Shown here: in pieces, positions 1-10,700 of the stretch
Layout: every line of letters starts with the position of its first letter
How positions within the stretch are numbered: the first letter of the stretch is position 1
Source of the DNA: an uncultured virus (IMG/VR IMGVR_UViG_3300034073_004395)
Lineage: Duplodnaviria; Heunggongvirae; Uroviricota; Caudoviricetes
Direction: 5' to 3' (one strand)
DNA: 64,000 nucleotides
Virus record (IMG/VR): IMGVR_UViG_3300034073_004395
The notes under the pieces: model-generated
Seen by the model: only the letters and a program-made list of their open reading frames with translations
What the model was told of the DNA's origin: nothing
Databases searched by the model: none
Position numbers and translations under genes: made by a program

Positions 1-831
1 TCCCGTCCAGCTACCCCCTAATCTTGATACTTCAAGACGTGTGGATGTTGAATTGTTCGCGCCAACACCAACATTCCCGCTACTATCAACAAACAACCGC
101 CCAGTGCCATTAGTCGAGATGGCTACTTGGTCTGCGCCGGGGGAATAGATGCCGGTGTTAGTATCGCCAGTAAAGGCAATCGAAGGAGCGGCAGCACTGC
201 CACCAGCAGCGCTAATAATGCCAGTAGTTTGAATGGTTTGACTGCCAAAATTAGGGCTAATCTTTGTACCAGCAATAGCGGCACTTGCATTAACATCAGC
301 ATTGACAATGGTGCCGTCGGCAATCATTGTGCTAGTAACCGTCCCACTATCGCCAGTAGTAACTACCGTGCCAGTAACATTAGGCAGCGTAATAGTACGA
401 TCAGCAGTGGGATTGACAACAGTAAGCGTCGTTTCAAAACCGTCATCAACACTACCTTCAAACACCACATTGGCATTATTCATGACGAGGTCGCCCGTCA
501 TCGTATCGCCAGTAGCGTTTACAAATTCGCCGGCTTCACTGCGCCATGCAGCACCGTCCCAAATCTTGAACACATAAGTGCCACCACTGGTATCAAGCCA
601 TTGCTCGCCAATAGAATTGCCAGCAGTACCACCACTTGCGGGCACGACATTAGGAGCACCGCTGCCCACATGCACAGGCCCCACTTTTACCAAGCTTCCA
701 TTGCTGTCCTTGAAGAACATGCCAGGAGCGCCACTTGCATAGTTAATGGCAATTTGCCCATCAACCATAGAAGCAGGATTTGGACGCTTATCCAGCGTCG
801 AGGAACGTAAATGCTGAAGAACGCCAGCCAT
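1..831 (-). CDS. Tail fibre protein, N-terminal part (runs off window edge)
   Basis: ATG at 831, open to window start: MAGVLQHLRSSTLDKRP..GQIAINYASGAPGMFFKDSNGSLVKVGP..EQWLDT..KIWDG, cyanophage fibre-type motifs; shares a module with the upstream fibre. Confidence 0.8.
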   Translation of the reverse strand, partial: MAGVLQHLRSSTLDKRPNPASMVDGQIAINYASGAPGMFFKDSNGSLVKVGPVHVGSGAPNVVPASGGTAGNSIGEQWLDTSGGTYVFKIWDGAAWRSEAGEFVNATGDTMTGDLVMNNANVVFEGSVDDGFETTLTVVNPTADRTITLPNVTGTVVTTGDSGTVTSTMIADGTIVNADVNASAAIAGTKISPNFGSQTIQTTGIISAAGGSAAAPSIAFTGDTNTGIYSPGADQVAISTNGTGRLFVDSSGNVGVGANNSTSTRLEVSRLGGSWTG

Positions 832-904
832 AATTAAAAGCCTTTCAAAATTGAAAAAGACTAAATAGTCTTTCGCAATTCTAAAAGGCTTTGTTTACTA
901 TTGA

Positions 905-3900
905 TCAGAATGTTCCTTCATCAATGGTGGCATCAATGGTGCCAGCGGAGAAATTGCCGCTTCCATCGCGGGCAACAATTGCGCTAACAGTGTTTGCGCT
1001 AGTGGCAGTGGTGGCACTATTGCTAACTTTGCCTGCAGTGGAGATGGTGTTGAGTTTAGTATCTGCAATACTGCCAGCCAGCATTGTGTTTGTAACAGTG
1101 CCGGTGTCTCCAGTGGTAATGACAGTGCCAGTTACGTTTGGGAGCGTAATGGTTCTGTCTGCCGTTGGATTAGCAACAGTAAGAGTGGTTTCAAAACCAT
1201 CGTTAATGCTGCCTTCAAAAACAACAGTGACGTTGGTTCCAAGATTCAACGTGCCGGTCATTGTCCCGCCGGCTACTGGCAATGCAGCATTGGCTAGGTC
1301 ATAGGCGCTCTTAACTGCAGTGGCAGTAGCAGCAAGCGTTGAGCTAGTAGTAGACGTACTATCAGTGAGCTGAACAACGCCAACTGCAGCAGTGGTAGCG
1401 CCGCTGATCGTGATATGAGGCGTGGTCGTACCACTAACAACAGCTAATGGTGCAGTGGCATTCACGCTAAGTACCGTGCCGCTAGCAGGCACTGCCCACT
1501 TCACGCCAGAAGTTTCAGCAGAATCTGCAGTAAGAACAGCGCCATTTGCCCCAACTGCAAGTTTTGCGAATCCTCCAGTGCCCGATGCAACGAGAATGTC
1601 CCCCTTCGCATAGGAAGATTGTCCGGTGCCGCCATAACCAATGGCTAATACGCCACTTGCAACGTTATTAACATTCCTGCATTCATTACTTACTTCTTCA
1701 ATGGCAGCTTGTACATTGGTGCTGCCAATGCTTGCGGCTGGACTAAAGCCAACTTGCGATGCTGTTTGGCTCACATAAGTGGAGCTAACGTCAATCTCCA
1801 CCCATGCAGTGCCATTGCAAAGAATGATATCGGGAGGAGCAAGGAGGCTTTCGGGGGCGGGAGAAGTGCCAGTACCGCCACTTTCTACCACCACGTAATA
1901 GCTATTAAACGTTGCAGTGGCAGCAGGGAGGGGCTGACCAATTGTTAAACCAACTGCAGCACCTTCAGTGGTGGTAGAAGAAACAGTGTTGCCACTTGCA
2001 TTGTAAGTACCAGCAAAAACAATTTCGCCAATACTGACACCCACTGGATTCCAAACGTTACCATCCCAAAGGTATAAATCCTTGGACAATGGATTGAAGA
2101 AGTATTGCCCAATGAAATCAGCGGCAGGCAGCGCTTCGCCAAATTTTGTAGTGGAATAGTTTGCAAGATTCGTTGCAAGAATGGCATCGTCAGCAATAAA
2201 TCCGCTACCAAAGAAGCCGGTGGTAATTTTGCTCGCGTCTAACGCTGGAATGTCATCAGCAACAAGAGCAGTCGCTCCGGAACTTACATGCCCCTCGCTG
2301 TCAACTTCAACTTTATAAAAAACACCACTTGCAATACTATTGGTGTGTCCAATCGCATCGCCAGTCATAGAAAGACCAGCGCCAGCGGCGACAGCTCCTT
2401 TAACGCTTGCAGTGGCAGTAGGTAGATCGTTGCTGGTTAAAGCCCTAAATGTAGGAGCGGCGTCGCTACCACTAGCGGGACCAATAAATACGCGATTTGC
2501 AGCTTGCGTATTTAACGCTGGAGTGATAATAGCTGAATATTCATCTGGATAAGCTGTAGAGAACGAATAAACAGTGTCCCCAGAAATTGTTACAACGCCA
2601 AGAGCAGATTGCTGCAGCCATTCCGTACCAGTCCAGGTGTATTCAACTGCGTTGTTCGTATTAATCCATTGTTGACCAATGAAGGCGCCGCTTGCACTAG
2701 GCGATGCAGCAGCAACAATCGAGGCACTTTGATCTGCTAACGCAACAGCTTCAACGGCTCCATCGGCAATCTTGCTGCTCGTAACTGCACTATCTGCAAT
2801 CTTTGTTTCCGTGACAGATCCAGTGGCGATGGTGGCGGCAAAACTTCCGGTGCCAGTGCCAGTAACGTCTCCAGTGAGAACAATGGTTTGATCGCCAGTA
2901 TTAGTGCCAGTAGAAGTGCCAGAGAAGGTGCCGTTTTGAACAGCGAGCGTGCCAAGGCCTAGCGTTGCCCGGATGTCTTCTACAGTGGCGTCATCAAGAA
3001 TAGATCTAGCTGCAGCAGTACAAGCAATTTCTTCTAAAGTGCCGCTTCCAGCAGTTGCGCGACCAATAATTACATCAGACTGACTAGAGTTTTGAATTTT
3101 GGCAAAAGAAATAGCCCTGTCTTGCACTGAAGCAGTGGCAATGCTATCGGCAGCCATTTTGTCTGCAGTGATTGCCGCATCAACAATTTTGGCAGTCGTA
3201 ATGCCACTATCAACAAGCTTTGCAGTGGTAACGCCACTGTCAGCAATTTTGGCGGTGGTGATTGCGCTATTGGCAATGTCGGCAGCAAAAATAGAACCAG
3301 CGTCATAATTGCCGCTGGCAACTGTATTTTGTACTGCCAAAGAGCCAAGTCCAAGAGTGGTCCGCTGGGCGCTAGCGTCTGCATCGTCGAGCAACGCAAG
3401 GCCAGCAGTGGTAATTGAAGACGTGGTATAAGTGTCGGAGGCGGTGGTGTAAATAATCTGCCCAGAAGCAGTGGTGAGTCCAGCGATGGAAGCCAGTGCT
3501 GGGTCATAAGCTTGCACATCAGTGCCGATGACAAGACCAAGATTAGTGCGGGCGTCAGAAGCAGTGGAAGCGCCAGTGCCTCCGTCTTCAACCGCAAGAT
3601 CAGTGATACCACTGATCACGCCACCATTGATGGTTGCATAAGAGATGGTGCCACTGCTGAGCACAGCCGTGCCGCCTGTAATGACCACGCCAGAGGCGGC
3701 TTGAATGGCCATGCTTTCAAGGCCAAGAGTGGTGCGCTGCGCCGTAGCGTCTGCATCATCCAGGAGGGCGCGACCAGCTTCAGTGAGAGTGATGGCTTCT
3801 ACATTGCCACTACCAGCACTTGCCCTGCCAAGCAGCACTCCAGATGCCACTTGCTGGATTTTGGCGAAAGTAACTGCATTGTCAGCAATGTCAGCAGTGA

Positions 3901-6157
3901 CAATAGATGCGCTTGCATAGCTTCCCGATGGGATGGAAGAAGCGGTGATGACAGCTCCAGTTAATTCTCCCGATGACAGAGAAAGTTTCTCAATTGTGAC
4001 TGCGCCAGATGCGATTTTGGCGGTAGTCACTCCGCTATCAACAAGATTGATTGTTGCAACTGCGTCAGTGGCAAGCTTGCTTTGCGTAATACCACTATCT
4101 GCCACATTGACAGTGGCTACGGCATCAGCAGCAAGTTTTTCTTGCGTAATGCCGCTTGCAATTAACTGAGCAGTATCTACACTGTTGCTTGCCATTTTCG
4201 CAAGCGTTACAGCGGAGTCAATAATGTTGACAGTAGCAACGGCTCCGCTAGCGAGCTTGGCTTGGGTAATGCCACTAGCAACAAGCTGAGCAGTGTCAAC
4301 ACTGCCGCTTGCCATCTTGGCCAGTGTCACTGCCGAATCAAGAATATTAACTGTATTTACCGCATTGCTCGCAAGTTTAGATTGCGTGATGCCAGAATCG
4401 ACAACATTAATTGTCGCCACTGCATCGGCCGCGAGCTTTGATTGAGTGACGCCACTATCAACAATCTTGGCGGTAGTCACACCGCTGTCAATTAGCTTCG
4501 TGGTGTCAACAGAATCGCTTGCAAGTTTATCTAGAGTTACATTGCCGTCCGCAATTTTAATTGCAGTAACACCACTGTCTGCCAGTTTTGATGTAATAAT
4601 TGCGCCATCTGCGATATCGATAGAGGCGATGGAAGCTGCGTCATAATCTCCGCTCCCAACCGTGTTTTGAATGGCTAAAGTGCCCAGACCAAGGGTGGCT
4701 CTCTGTGCGCTGGCGTCATTATCATCTAGCAGTGCTCTTCCCGCTGCAGTAAGCGTGATGGTTTCTACATTTCCACTCCCTGCACTAGCGCGTCCAAGCA
4801 GGACGCCAGATGCCACTTGTTGGATTTTGGCAAATGTAACTGCATTATCAGCTAGGTCGGCAGTTGCAATAGAGCCAGCGGCATAACTTCCTGGCAAAAT
4901 AGAGCTAGCAGTAATTACAGTGCCACTCAGTTCTCCCGATGCAATATTTAGCTTGCCAATAGTGACGCTACCGGATGCCAACTTACTATTTGTGACGCCA
5001 CTGTCAATTAAATTGATCGTTGCGACAGAATTCGCGGCAAGTTTAGACTGCGTAACGCCACTGTCGACGAGATTAATAGTCGCCACTGCATTAGCAGAAA
5101 GCTTGTCTTGCGTAACGCCACTAGCGATGAGCTGAGCAGTATTGATACTGTCGCTTGCCATCTTTGCAAGCGTAACTGCGGCGTCGAGAATGTTGACAGT
5201 CGCCACTGCATTGCTTGAAAGCTTTGCTTGAGTGACGCCAGAATCAATAATGTTAATCGTTGCGACAGATCCGCTAGCAAGTTTTGCTTGTGTAACTCCA
5301 GAGTTAACAAGATTAATAGTCGCCACTGCATTAGCAGCGAGCTTCTCTTGCGTAACGCCGCTAACGACAAGCTGAGCACTATCAACGCTTCCGCTGGCCA
5401 TCTTGGCAAGCGTTACTGCAGAATCAGCAATGTTGACTGTATTGATTGCATCGGCAGCAAGCTTGGGCTGAGTAATGCCACTATCTGCAATGTTGACAGT
5501 GGCCACTGCGCTAGCAGCTAGTTTTGCTTGCGTAACGCCACTATCGACGATATTGACAGTAATAACAGAATTAGAAGCAAGCTTTCCTTGCACAACGCCG
5601 CTAGCTGCTAATTGAGCGCTATCAACTGCTCCACTTGCAATCTTTGCATTAGTAACGTTTGCATCGGCAATTTTTGCAGTGGTAACTGCATCATCATTGA
5701 TTTTGCCAGTGGTAATGGCAAGATCTTCAATGAGGGAAGTATTGATAGTGTTGCCAGTCGCGACAATTCCAAGAGAAAGTGTTGAACGCGCCGCCGCTGC
5801 ATCTGCATCGTCAAGCAATGACCGAGCAAATGAAGTGCAAATGATTTCTTGTACATTGCCAGCACCTGCACTGCTTCTTCCCAGTAAGCGATCAGTATTA
5901 CTAACTTGCTGAATCTTGTCATACGTGATGACATTAGTTCCGATGGCTGCCGTGCCAAGTTTTGCAGTGCTTGCCTGGTTAATCTTGGAAATATCAAGCG
6001 TCGAAGCATCTGCAAGATTAAAACCCGCCTGGATCAGGCTCTTCACTTGTACCTTCTTTGTTTGACTCGCGCTAACGTCTGCAATAGGCAGTACGTCATT
6101 AGAAGATACGCCTCCCTGGGGAAGTTCTACAAGCTCCGTAATTCTTTGATCAGCCAT
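905..6157 (-). CDS. Long repetitive tail fibre / L-shaped fibre protein (1750 aa)
   Basis: N-term MADQRITEL; many ~20-aa DSGVTQAKLAxNAVATVNI repeats and several LLGRASAGSGNVExITLT..ALLDD modules; position after tail tip genes. Confidence 0.85.
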   Translation of the reverse strand: MADQRITELVELPQGGVSSNDVLPIADVSASQTKKVQVKSLIQAGFNLADASTLDISKINQASTAKLGTAAIGTNVITYDKIQQVSNTDRLLGRSSAGAGNVQEIICTSFARSLLDDADAAAARSTLSLGIVATGNTINTSLIEDLAITTGKINDDAVTTAKIADANVTNAKIASGAVDSAQLAASGVVQGKLASNSVITVNIVDSGVTQAKLAASAVATVNIADSGITQPKLAADAINTVNIADSAVTLAKMASGSVDSAQLVVSGVTQEKLAANAVATINLVNSGVTQAKLASGSVATINIIDSGVTQAKLSSNAVATVNILDAAVTLAKMASDSINTAQLIASGVTQDKLSANAVATINLVDSGVTQSKLAANSVATINLIDSGVTNSKLASGSVTIGKLNIASGELSGTVITASSILPGSYAAGSIATADLADNAVTFAKIQQVASGVLLGRASAGSGNVETITLTAAGRALLDDNDASAQRATLGLGTLAIQNTVGSGDYDAASIASIDIADGAIITSKLADSGVTAIKIADGNVTLDKLASDSVDTTKLIDSGVTTAKIVDSGVTQSKLAADAVATINVVDSGITQSKLASNAVNTVNILDSAVTLAKMASGSVDTAQLVASGITQAKLASGAVATVNIIDSAVTLAKMASNSVDTAQLIASGITQEKLAADAVATVNVADSGITQSKLATDAVATINLVDSGVTTAKIASGAVTIEKLSLSSGELTGAVITASSIPSGSYASASIVTADIADNAVTFAKIQQVASGVLLGRASAGSGNVEAITLTEAGRALLDDADATAQRTTLGLESMAIQAASGVVITGGTAVLSSGTISYATINGGVISGITDLAVEDGGTGASTASDARTNLGLVIGTDVQAYDPALASIAGLTTASGQIIYTTASDTYTTSSITTAGLALLDDADASAQRTTLGLGSLAVQNTVASGNYDAGSIFAADIANSAITTAKIADSGVTTAKLVDSGITTAKIVDAAITADKMAADSIATASVQDRAISFAKIQNSSQSDVIIGRATAGSGTLEEIACTAAARSILDDATVEDIRATLGLGTLAVQNGTFSGTSTGTNTGDQTIVLTGDVTGTGTGSFAATIATGSVTETKIADSAVTSSKIADGAVEAVALADQSASIVAAASPSASGAFIGQQWINTNNAVEYTWTGTEWLQQSALGVVTISGDTVYSFSTAYPDEYSAIITPALNTQAANRVFIGPASGSDAAPTFRALTSNDLPTATASVKGAVAAGAGLSMTGDAIGHTNSIASGVFYKVEVDSEGHVSSGATALVADDIPALDASKITTGFFGSGFIADDAILATNLANYSTTKFGEALPAADFIGQYFFNPLSKDLYLWDGNVWNPVGVSIGEIVFAGTYNASGNTVSSTTTEGAAVGLTIGQPLPAATATFNSYYVVVESGGTGTSPAPESLLAPPDIILCNGTAWVEIDVSSTYVSQTASQVGFSPAASIGSTNVQAAIEEVSNECRNVNNVASGVLAIGYGGTGQSSYAKGDILVASGTGGFAKLAVGANGAVLTADSAETSGVKWAVPASGTVLSVNATAPLAVVSGTTTPHITISGATTAAVGVVQLTDSTSTTSSTLAATATAVKSAYDLANAALPVAGGTMTGTLNLGTNVTVVFEGSINDGFETTLTVANPTADRTITLPNVTGTVITTGDTGTVTNTMLAGSIADTKLNTISTAGKVSNSATTATSANTVSAIVARDGSGNFSAGTIDATIDEGTF

Positions 6158-6211
6158 TGCAGGAAGGTGCGGGTCTCAGTACAGTCTAGTCTTAAACGAT
6201 ATTAGCTATTA

Positions 6212-7222
6212 TCAGTCGGTTATTTCCTGAAGCAGATAATCAAGGCTCTGTTCGACGGAAATACGATCATCGTCTTCCTTGAGGATGTATTCCGTAGGCA
6301 CTCCCACCCTCAATTTGAAATCTCCGGTAGTAACAAAATCAATTGAGCATGCGACTAAGGCATCAGAATTGACCGTCACTCCCGCTCTCGTTACTACTGC
6401 CTCAATGTCATAATATACTTCTTCTCTGAACGACGGGGATTTATCAATGGAAGAAAGAGAAAGAAGCGCCTTAAAGCTACTACCAACATCCAGTCGATTA
6501 ATCACTTGCAATAAGAACAATGGTATTTCCTCATTGCCTACTGTTTCATAACTAAATAGACATTCGATGCTGCCATTGCCACTTAATAGTCCGGCGGAAT
6601 ATTGTTGCTTGAACCTATCCGACAGGCTAGTTGTCTCCATCGCGGCCCTATCTGTATTGATCTCAAAAGAGGTGACAGAACCAAGCGTGTTGTATCTAGT
6701 GTCCCTGATTGCAACTGTTATTTCAATGGGTTCTCCGTAAAAAGCGGCAAGCTCGTATTCGTCTGCTCTCTCGTTATTTATTGCATCGTTAAAGTTTTCA
6801 AATAAGCGTATACCGCCTACGGCATTAATATTGGCATATGCGCGTGCGTTGTCTGAGAAAATATAGTCGCCTAGCCTAAATTCGTCGTATCCGTCGGGAG
6901 GCAAATCTGAGCTAGTTGTAATATTGTCATCATCCCAGCCGACAAGACCGGCTGTACTTCCAGACGCCCATACAACTTCGTCATAGCCGTCTACTGGCTC
7001 TCCTGGAATACTCCAAAACGATGGGGGAAGAAAAAGAAGACCACGCGGATCCTCGGTCGTAATTTCAAGAAGATCTCCAGTAATTAAATTGTCGTCACCA
7101 CCTTCAAAGCTAAATCTATTCAGTGAAATATTAACATCATCTGGAGAAACAATGGCAGTGAAAACATTTTCACCACCACGCTGTAGCTTGATTGCGCCTG
7201 TATGGCCAACAAAAAATGTCAT
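6212..7222 (-). CDS. Tail/baseplate structural protein (tail-tube-like fold)
   Basis: ETTSLSD..SGNGS motif parallels the adjacent tube-like protein; structural operon context. Confidence 0.6.
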   Translation of the reverse strand: MTFFVGHTGAIKLQRGGENVFTAIVSPDDVNISLNRFSFEGGDDNLITGDLLEITTEDPRGLLFLPPSFWSIPGEPVDGYDEVVWASGSTAGLVGWDDDNITTSSDLPPDGYDEFRLGDYIFSDNARAYANINAVGGIRLFENFNDAINNERADEYELAAFYGEPIEITVAIRDTRYNTLGSVTSFEINTDRAAMETTSLSDRFKQQYSAGLLSGNGSIECLFSYETVGNEEIPLFLLQVINRLDVGSSFKALLSLSSIDKSPSFREEVYYDIEAVVTRAGVTVNSDALVACSIDFVTTGDFKLRVGVPTEYILKEDDDRISVEQSLDYLLQEITD

Positions 7223-7264
7223 CTCGCTACAGCCTTAATTATTCCATTGTACCTACGCCTAAAA

Positions 7265-7684
7265 TCAGGTGGTGCCAGTAAGCGTGACGGTGGTCAGTGG
7301 GCCATCAATGGTGAAATTAAACGATACTGTTGTAAGCTCATCGGTGGCGGAAGAAATGCTGGCGCTATTAATGAAACCACTTGCTGCGAATGACTGGCCA
7401 GTGCCCACTTCAAAAGTAAGTGCCACGCGATCACTATCAGTGATGGCTCCGGTTTTGGCAATTCGCTCCAGAAGATTAGTAGTATCAGTGGCGTCGCCAT
7501 TGTAATACGACAGAGACGCACTACCAGTGGCGCTAAAAAGACCAGGCGTAAAAGTATTGGCAGTATCGCCAAGAGAAGTGGTGTCCAGCATGTTGACGGA
7601 CGTATCAAGCGTCCAGTTCTTCACTTTGGAAACTTCGCTTCCACCAAGACGAAGCTTGCCAGTGCGACCAGTGTAAAAGGGCAT
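7265..7684 (-). CDS. Tail tube-like protein
   Basis: KVKNWTLD..LDTTSLGD..SGFINSASI..VSFNFTIDG pattern of siphoviral tube proteins. Confidence 0.65.
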   Translation of the reverse strand: MPFYTGRTGKLRLGGSEVSKVKNWTLDTSVNMLDTTSLGDTANTFTPGLFSATGSASLSYYNGDATDTTNLLERIAKTGAITDSDRVALTFEVGTGQSFAASGFINSASISSATDELTTVSFNFTIDGPLTTVTLTGTT

Positions 7685-7724
7685 TGTTCTAAGGCTTTTG
7701 TTTAAATACTAGCATCATTCAACA

Positions 7725-10700
7725 TTAGCTGATGTCATATAGCCCTTTATCAAATCTCACAATTAAGCTTTTTGTTTGTCCCCCCTCCTCAACGCAAGGA
7801 TGTTCAACGGCTCTAATAGTCACTTCTCCTTCTTCTTCCATTGCCACTTCTACAGTTCTAAAAACTCGCTTGCCACTAATTGCCGTTCCAAGCACAAACA
7901 ATGCATTTGGGAAAGCAGACAATGCCGATGCCTGTCCGTTTGTGTAGGTGATATTCTGCTTAATTGGGGCTTCGCCTTGCCTGTAGATCAATGTGGAATA
8001 GGTGCCATTAATGGATTCACTTGCAAATGGAATATTAAGAGAGCCATCTGCTAAAACCATTCCAGAATGCACATCATTCCATTGATTTTCCTCCATATGC
8101 ACGTAAATATAAGCGCCTGGCTGAATAGGTGCTTCTGTGGGAAATGTTTTAAATTCAACGGCGCGACGAATGTGCCTACGCTGAGAGCACAAAAGCTGAG
8201 CGTAATTAATCGCTTGGTTCCTGTTCGTCACAAAATTAGACAAATCAAGCGTGCGTCTAGATGCAAGCGCTTCGTTGGTATCCTTAAGCTTCACAGTGAC
8301 GCTTGTGTTCCTTGGAAATGGTTCGGTAGGCGGCTGGTCTCTATAAACCACGGTGATAATTACGTCCTGCGTTGATTCCCCGTAATCAATAAAATCTTCT
8401 TTGTAGCTATCTTCCAGAATATTTCCCTGGTTAAACAATGCCGCTACGTTAATATCGCGAGTGATGGTGCCATCACCAATTATTGGCACTGCAGGAATCA
8501 AGGTTTCTTTGCCCCCAATTTTTGCAAGCTCTAACAAGCTATAAGGCGCCACTTCGCTCCAAAAGGCACGCCATGCAGTTTTGTCTGCAATCAGGCCATC
8601 CATGTAATATTTGTTTTTAATGCAAAATGCTTTTGCCAATGCAAGGCTATTTATGTCAATACTGCTCGCGTCAACATACTCTCCAATGCCATTGGTCCTG
8701 TCCAAAATGGTATCCAAAAAGATATCAGGAGCCCAGCATGACGCCACATTTGGTGACGATGGATACGATGGAGGCGAAAGTTCAATATTTCTAACCAGCT
8801 TGCCTTTAGTAACAAAAGCGCTCAAATTACGCACATTTGTTAAGCCAGCAGAGCTATAAGCATTCACGCCAAGCGTGGTCATGCCCGAATACAATTGCGG
8901 ATAGTTTGCCAGTGGCTCAAGCTGCTGCTCTGTGACAGTGACTAAGCGAAACTCTGGGCCGCTATCGAAAGAATATTGAATGGAAGTATCGGCATGAGTG
9001 GAAAACACTGTCCATTCATCCACGCCATACGGAGAATGGTTGCGAGGAGGAAGATTGTTGATTCCCGGCTGTCTTCTATATCCGCGATAACGGAATGGTC
9101 CGGCGTTTTTAACTGGACCACGCGCCTCAAGATAGACAAAATTCAAGGCAGTGCCAGCTTTGACTGCTTCAGACGGCGCATCAAAAACAGGCTCAAATTT
9201 AAACTGCCATTTTGTCCGCGCTTCCGGATTTTGAAAAATCAATGGAATAAAAGTATCTTTGTCATATGTTTTTCTGATGCAAAAAATTGTATTTGGTGAT
9301 TGCCAATTTGTCTCCCCAATTTTTCTATAAAAAGCTCTAAACATTGCAGTACGGGCTTTATAGCCATTGTCCGAATCCTTGTATTTATCTACGTCAGTTT
9401 CGCCATATTTACTTGCTCTTCCTTGAATGCGCATAAATACTTTCGCTTTAAAGGAAAAATGCACAAAATCAACTGGAGACAACGTTTCATAGTCGGCCTC
9501 ATGTAAGCGAACCAAGCATTTCGTGCCAAGATAGTCATTAAAGCTATTGGGATTTTTAAGCTGAGTCTTAATATTGTTTAATTGACTTGTAACTGTGCCA
9601 ATGCTGCTATTTAACTGATTTATTCTTGCATCGTATGCAGTTTGGTCAATTTGCCCAACTGCTGCTACTTGAGACTGCAGACGATGGAAAGCCTTGACTA
9701 ATTTGCGCAGTTTTTTCCTTTCGGCGCTAGCGCTAGTATCATTGTTGCTGAGATCAGGAAAAGAATTTCTATCCACTTGAATAAGGCCTTCAAATACATA
9801 CTGAATGCCTCCAGGACTAAAAACAATTTGCTGAGCACGAGCCAATTGATCCGCCACTATGCCTGCTGCAACACCGTGCTCTTCAATTGCGCGGGATAAT
9901 TTGCTGCGCCATTGCTTTAAGCTTTTCTTTGCGCTTTTAATCTGATTAATGACTTTTGCCTTTTGCTCTCGCAATCTTTTTCTCTTATCCTCATCCCCTT
10001 TTGCGTCTGCAATATCCTCTTGAATCGCGTCAATGTTATTTCTAAGGTTCTCAATATGTTGCTCGTGATTATCCACTTCTGTAGCAAATTCAACAACAAC
10101 TCTGTCAAATGAACCAGCCTCTGCCTGCAAGACCAATTCATCCATCTGCCCTTTATTGCGCCGGAAAGAAACAACTGCGTCGTATAAATCTTCTACTTCT
10201 TCTGCTGCGGCGTATAATTTTTGCAAAATTCTTTGCTGCTTTCCAGTGAGATCAGATACAAAATAGTCTGTAATTTTTACGCTATCTCTTTCATTAGACA
10301 AAGAAATGAGTAAATCTTGCAAGCGCTTTTGCTCAGCCTCTAATTCCGCCTCTTGTTCCTGAATGTCTTCTGTTTGATAGTCTTCAAACGGTCCCACTCC
10401 ACTGCCATCGGCAGTGCATTCCAGCGTAACACTAAGGCGCTGTTGGTCTAGTTCAGTGTCGCCATTGATATCAACAATCTGAAACTTAGCGCTGCCAAGC
10501 TTATAAAGACCGCCAAGTTCTATAGATTCAGCGGCGGCGCTCCTGATTTCATCGGCAAAATCATCGGCCTCATTATCGTTTCTCCTGTTTTTAACTTTTG
10601 CAATGGTAATTACAATGCGAGTTCCGGGGGTGATGCTAGGCCGGCTTCCAGCTTGATAAAAGGCGGGCCAAAACGCTCCCCTGTCAGACGCCTCAATATT

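Noticed and set aside
1..6157. Diversity-generating retroelement or invertase-type fibre switching
   Set aside because: No reverse transcriptase or invertase in the window, and no adenine-specific repeat pair seen
127..6205. Plus-strand ORFs opposite the tail fibre genes
   Set aside because: Antisense shadows of biased repetitive codons
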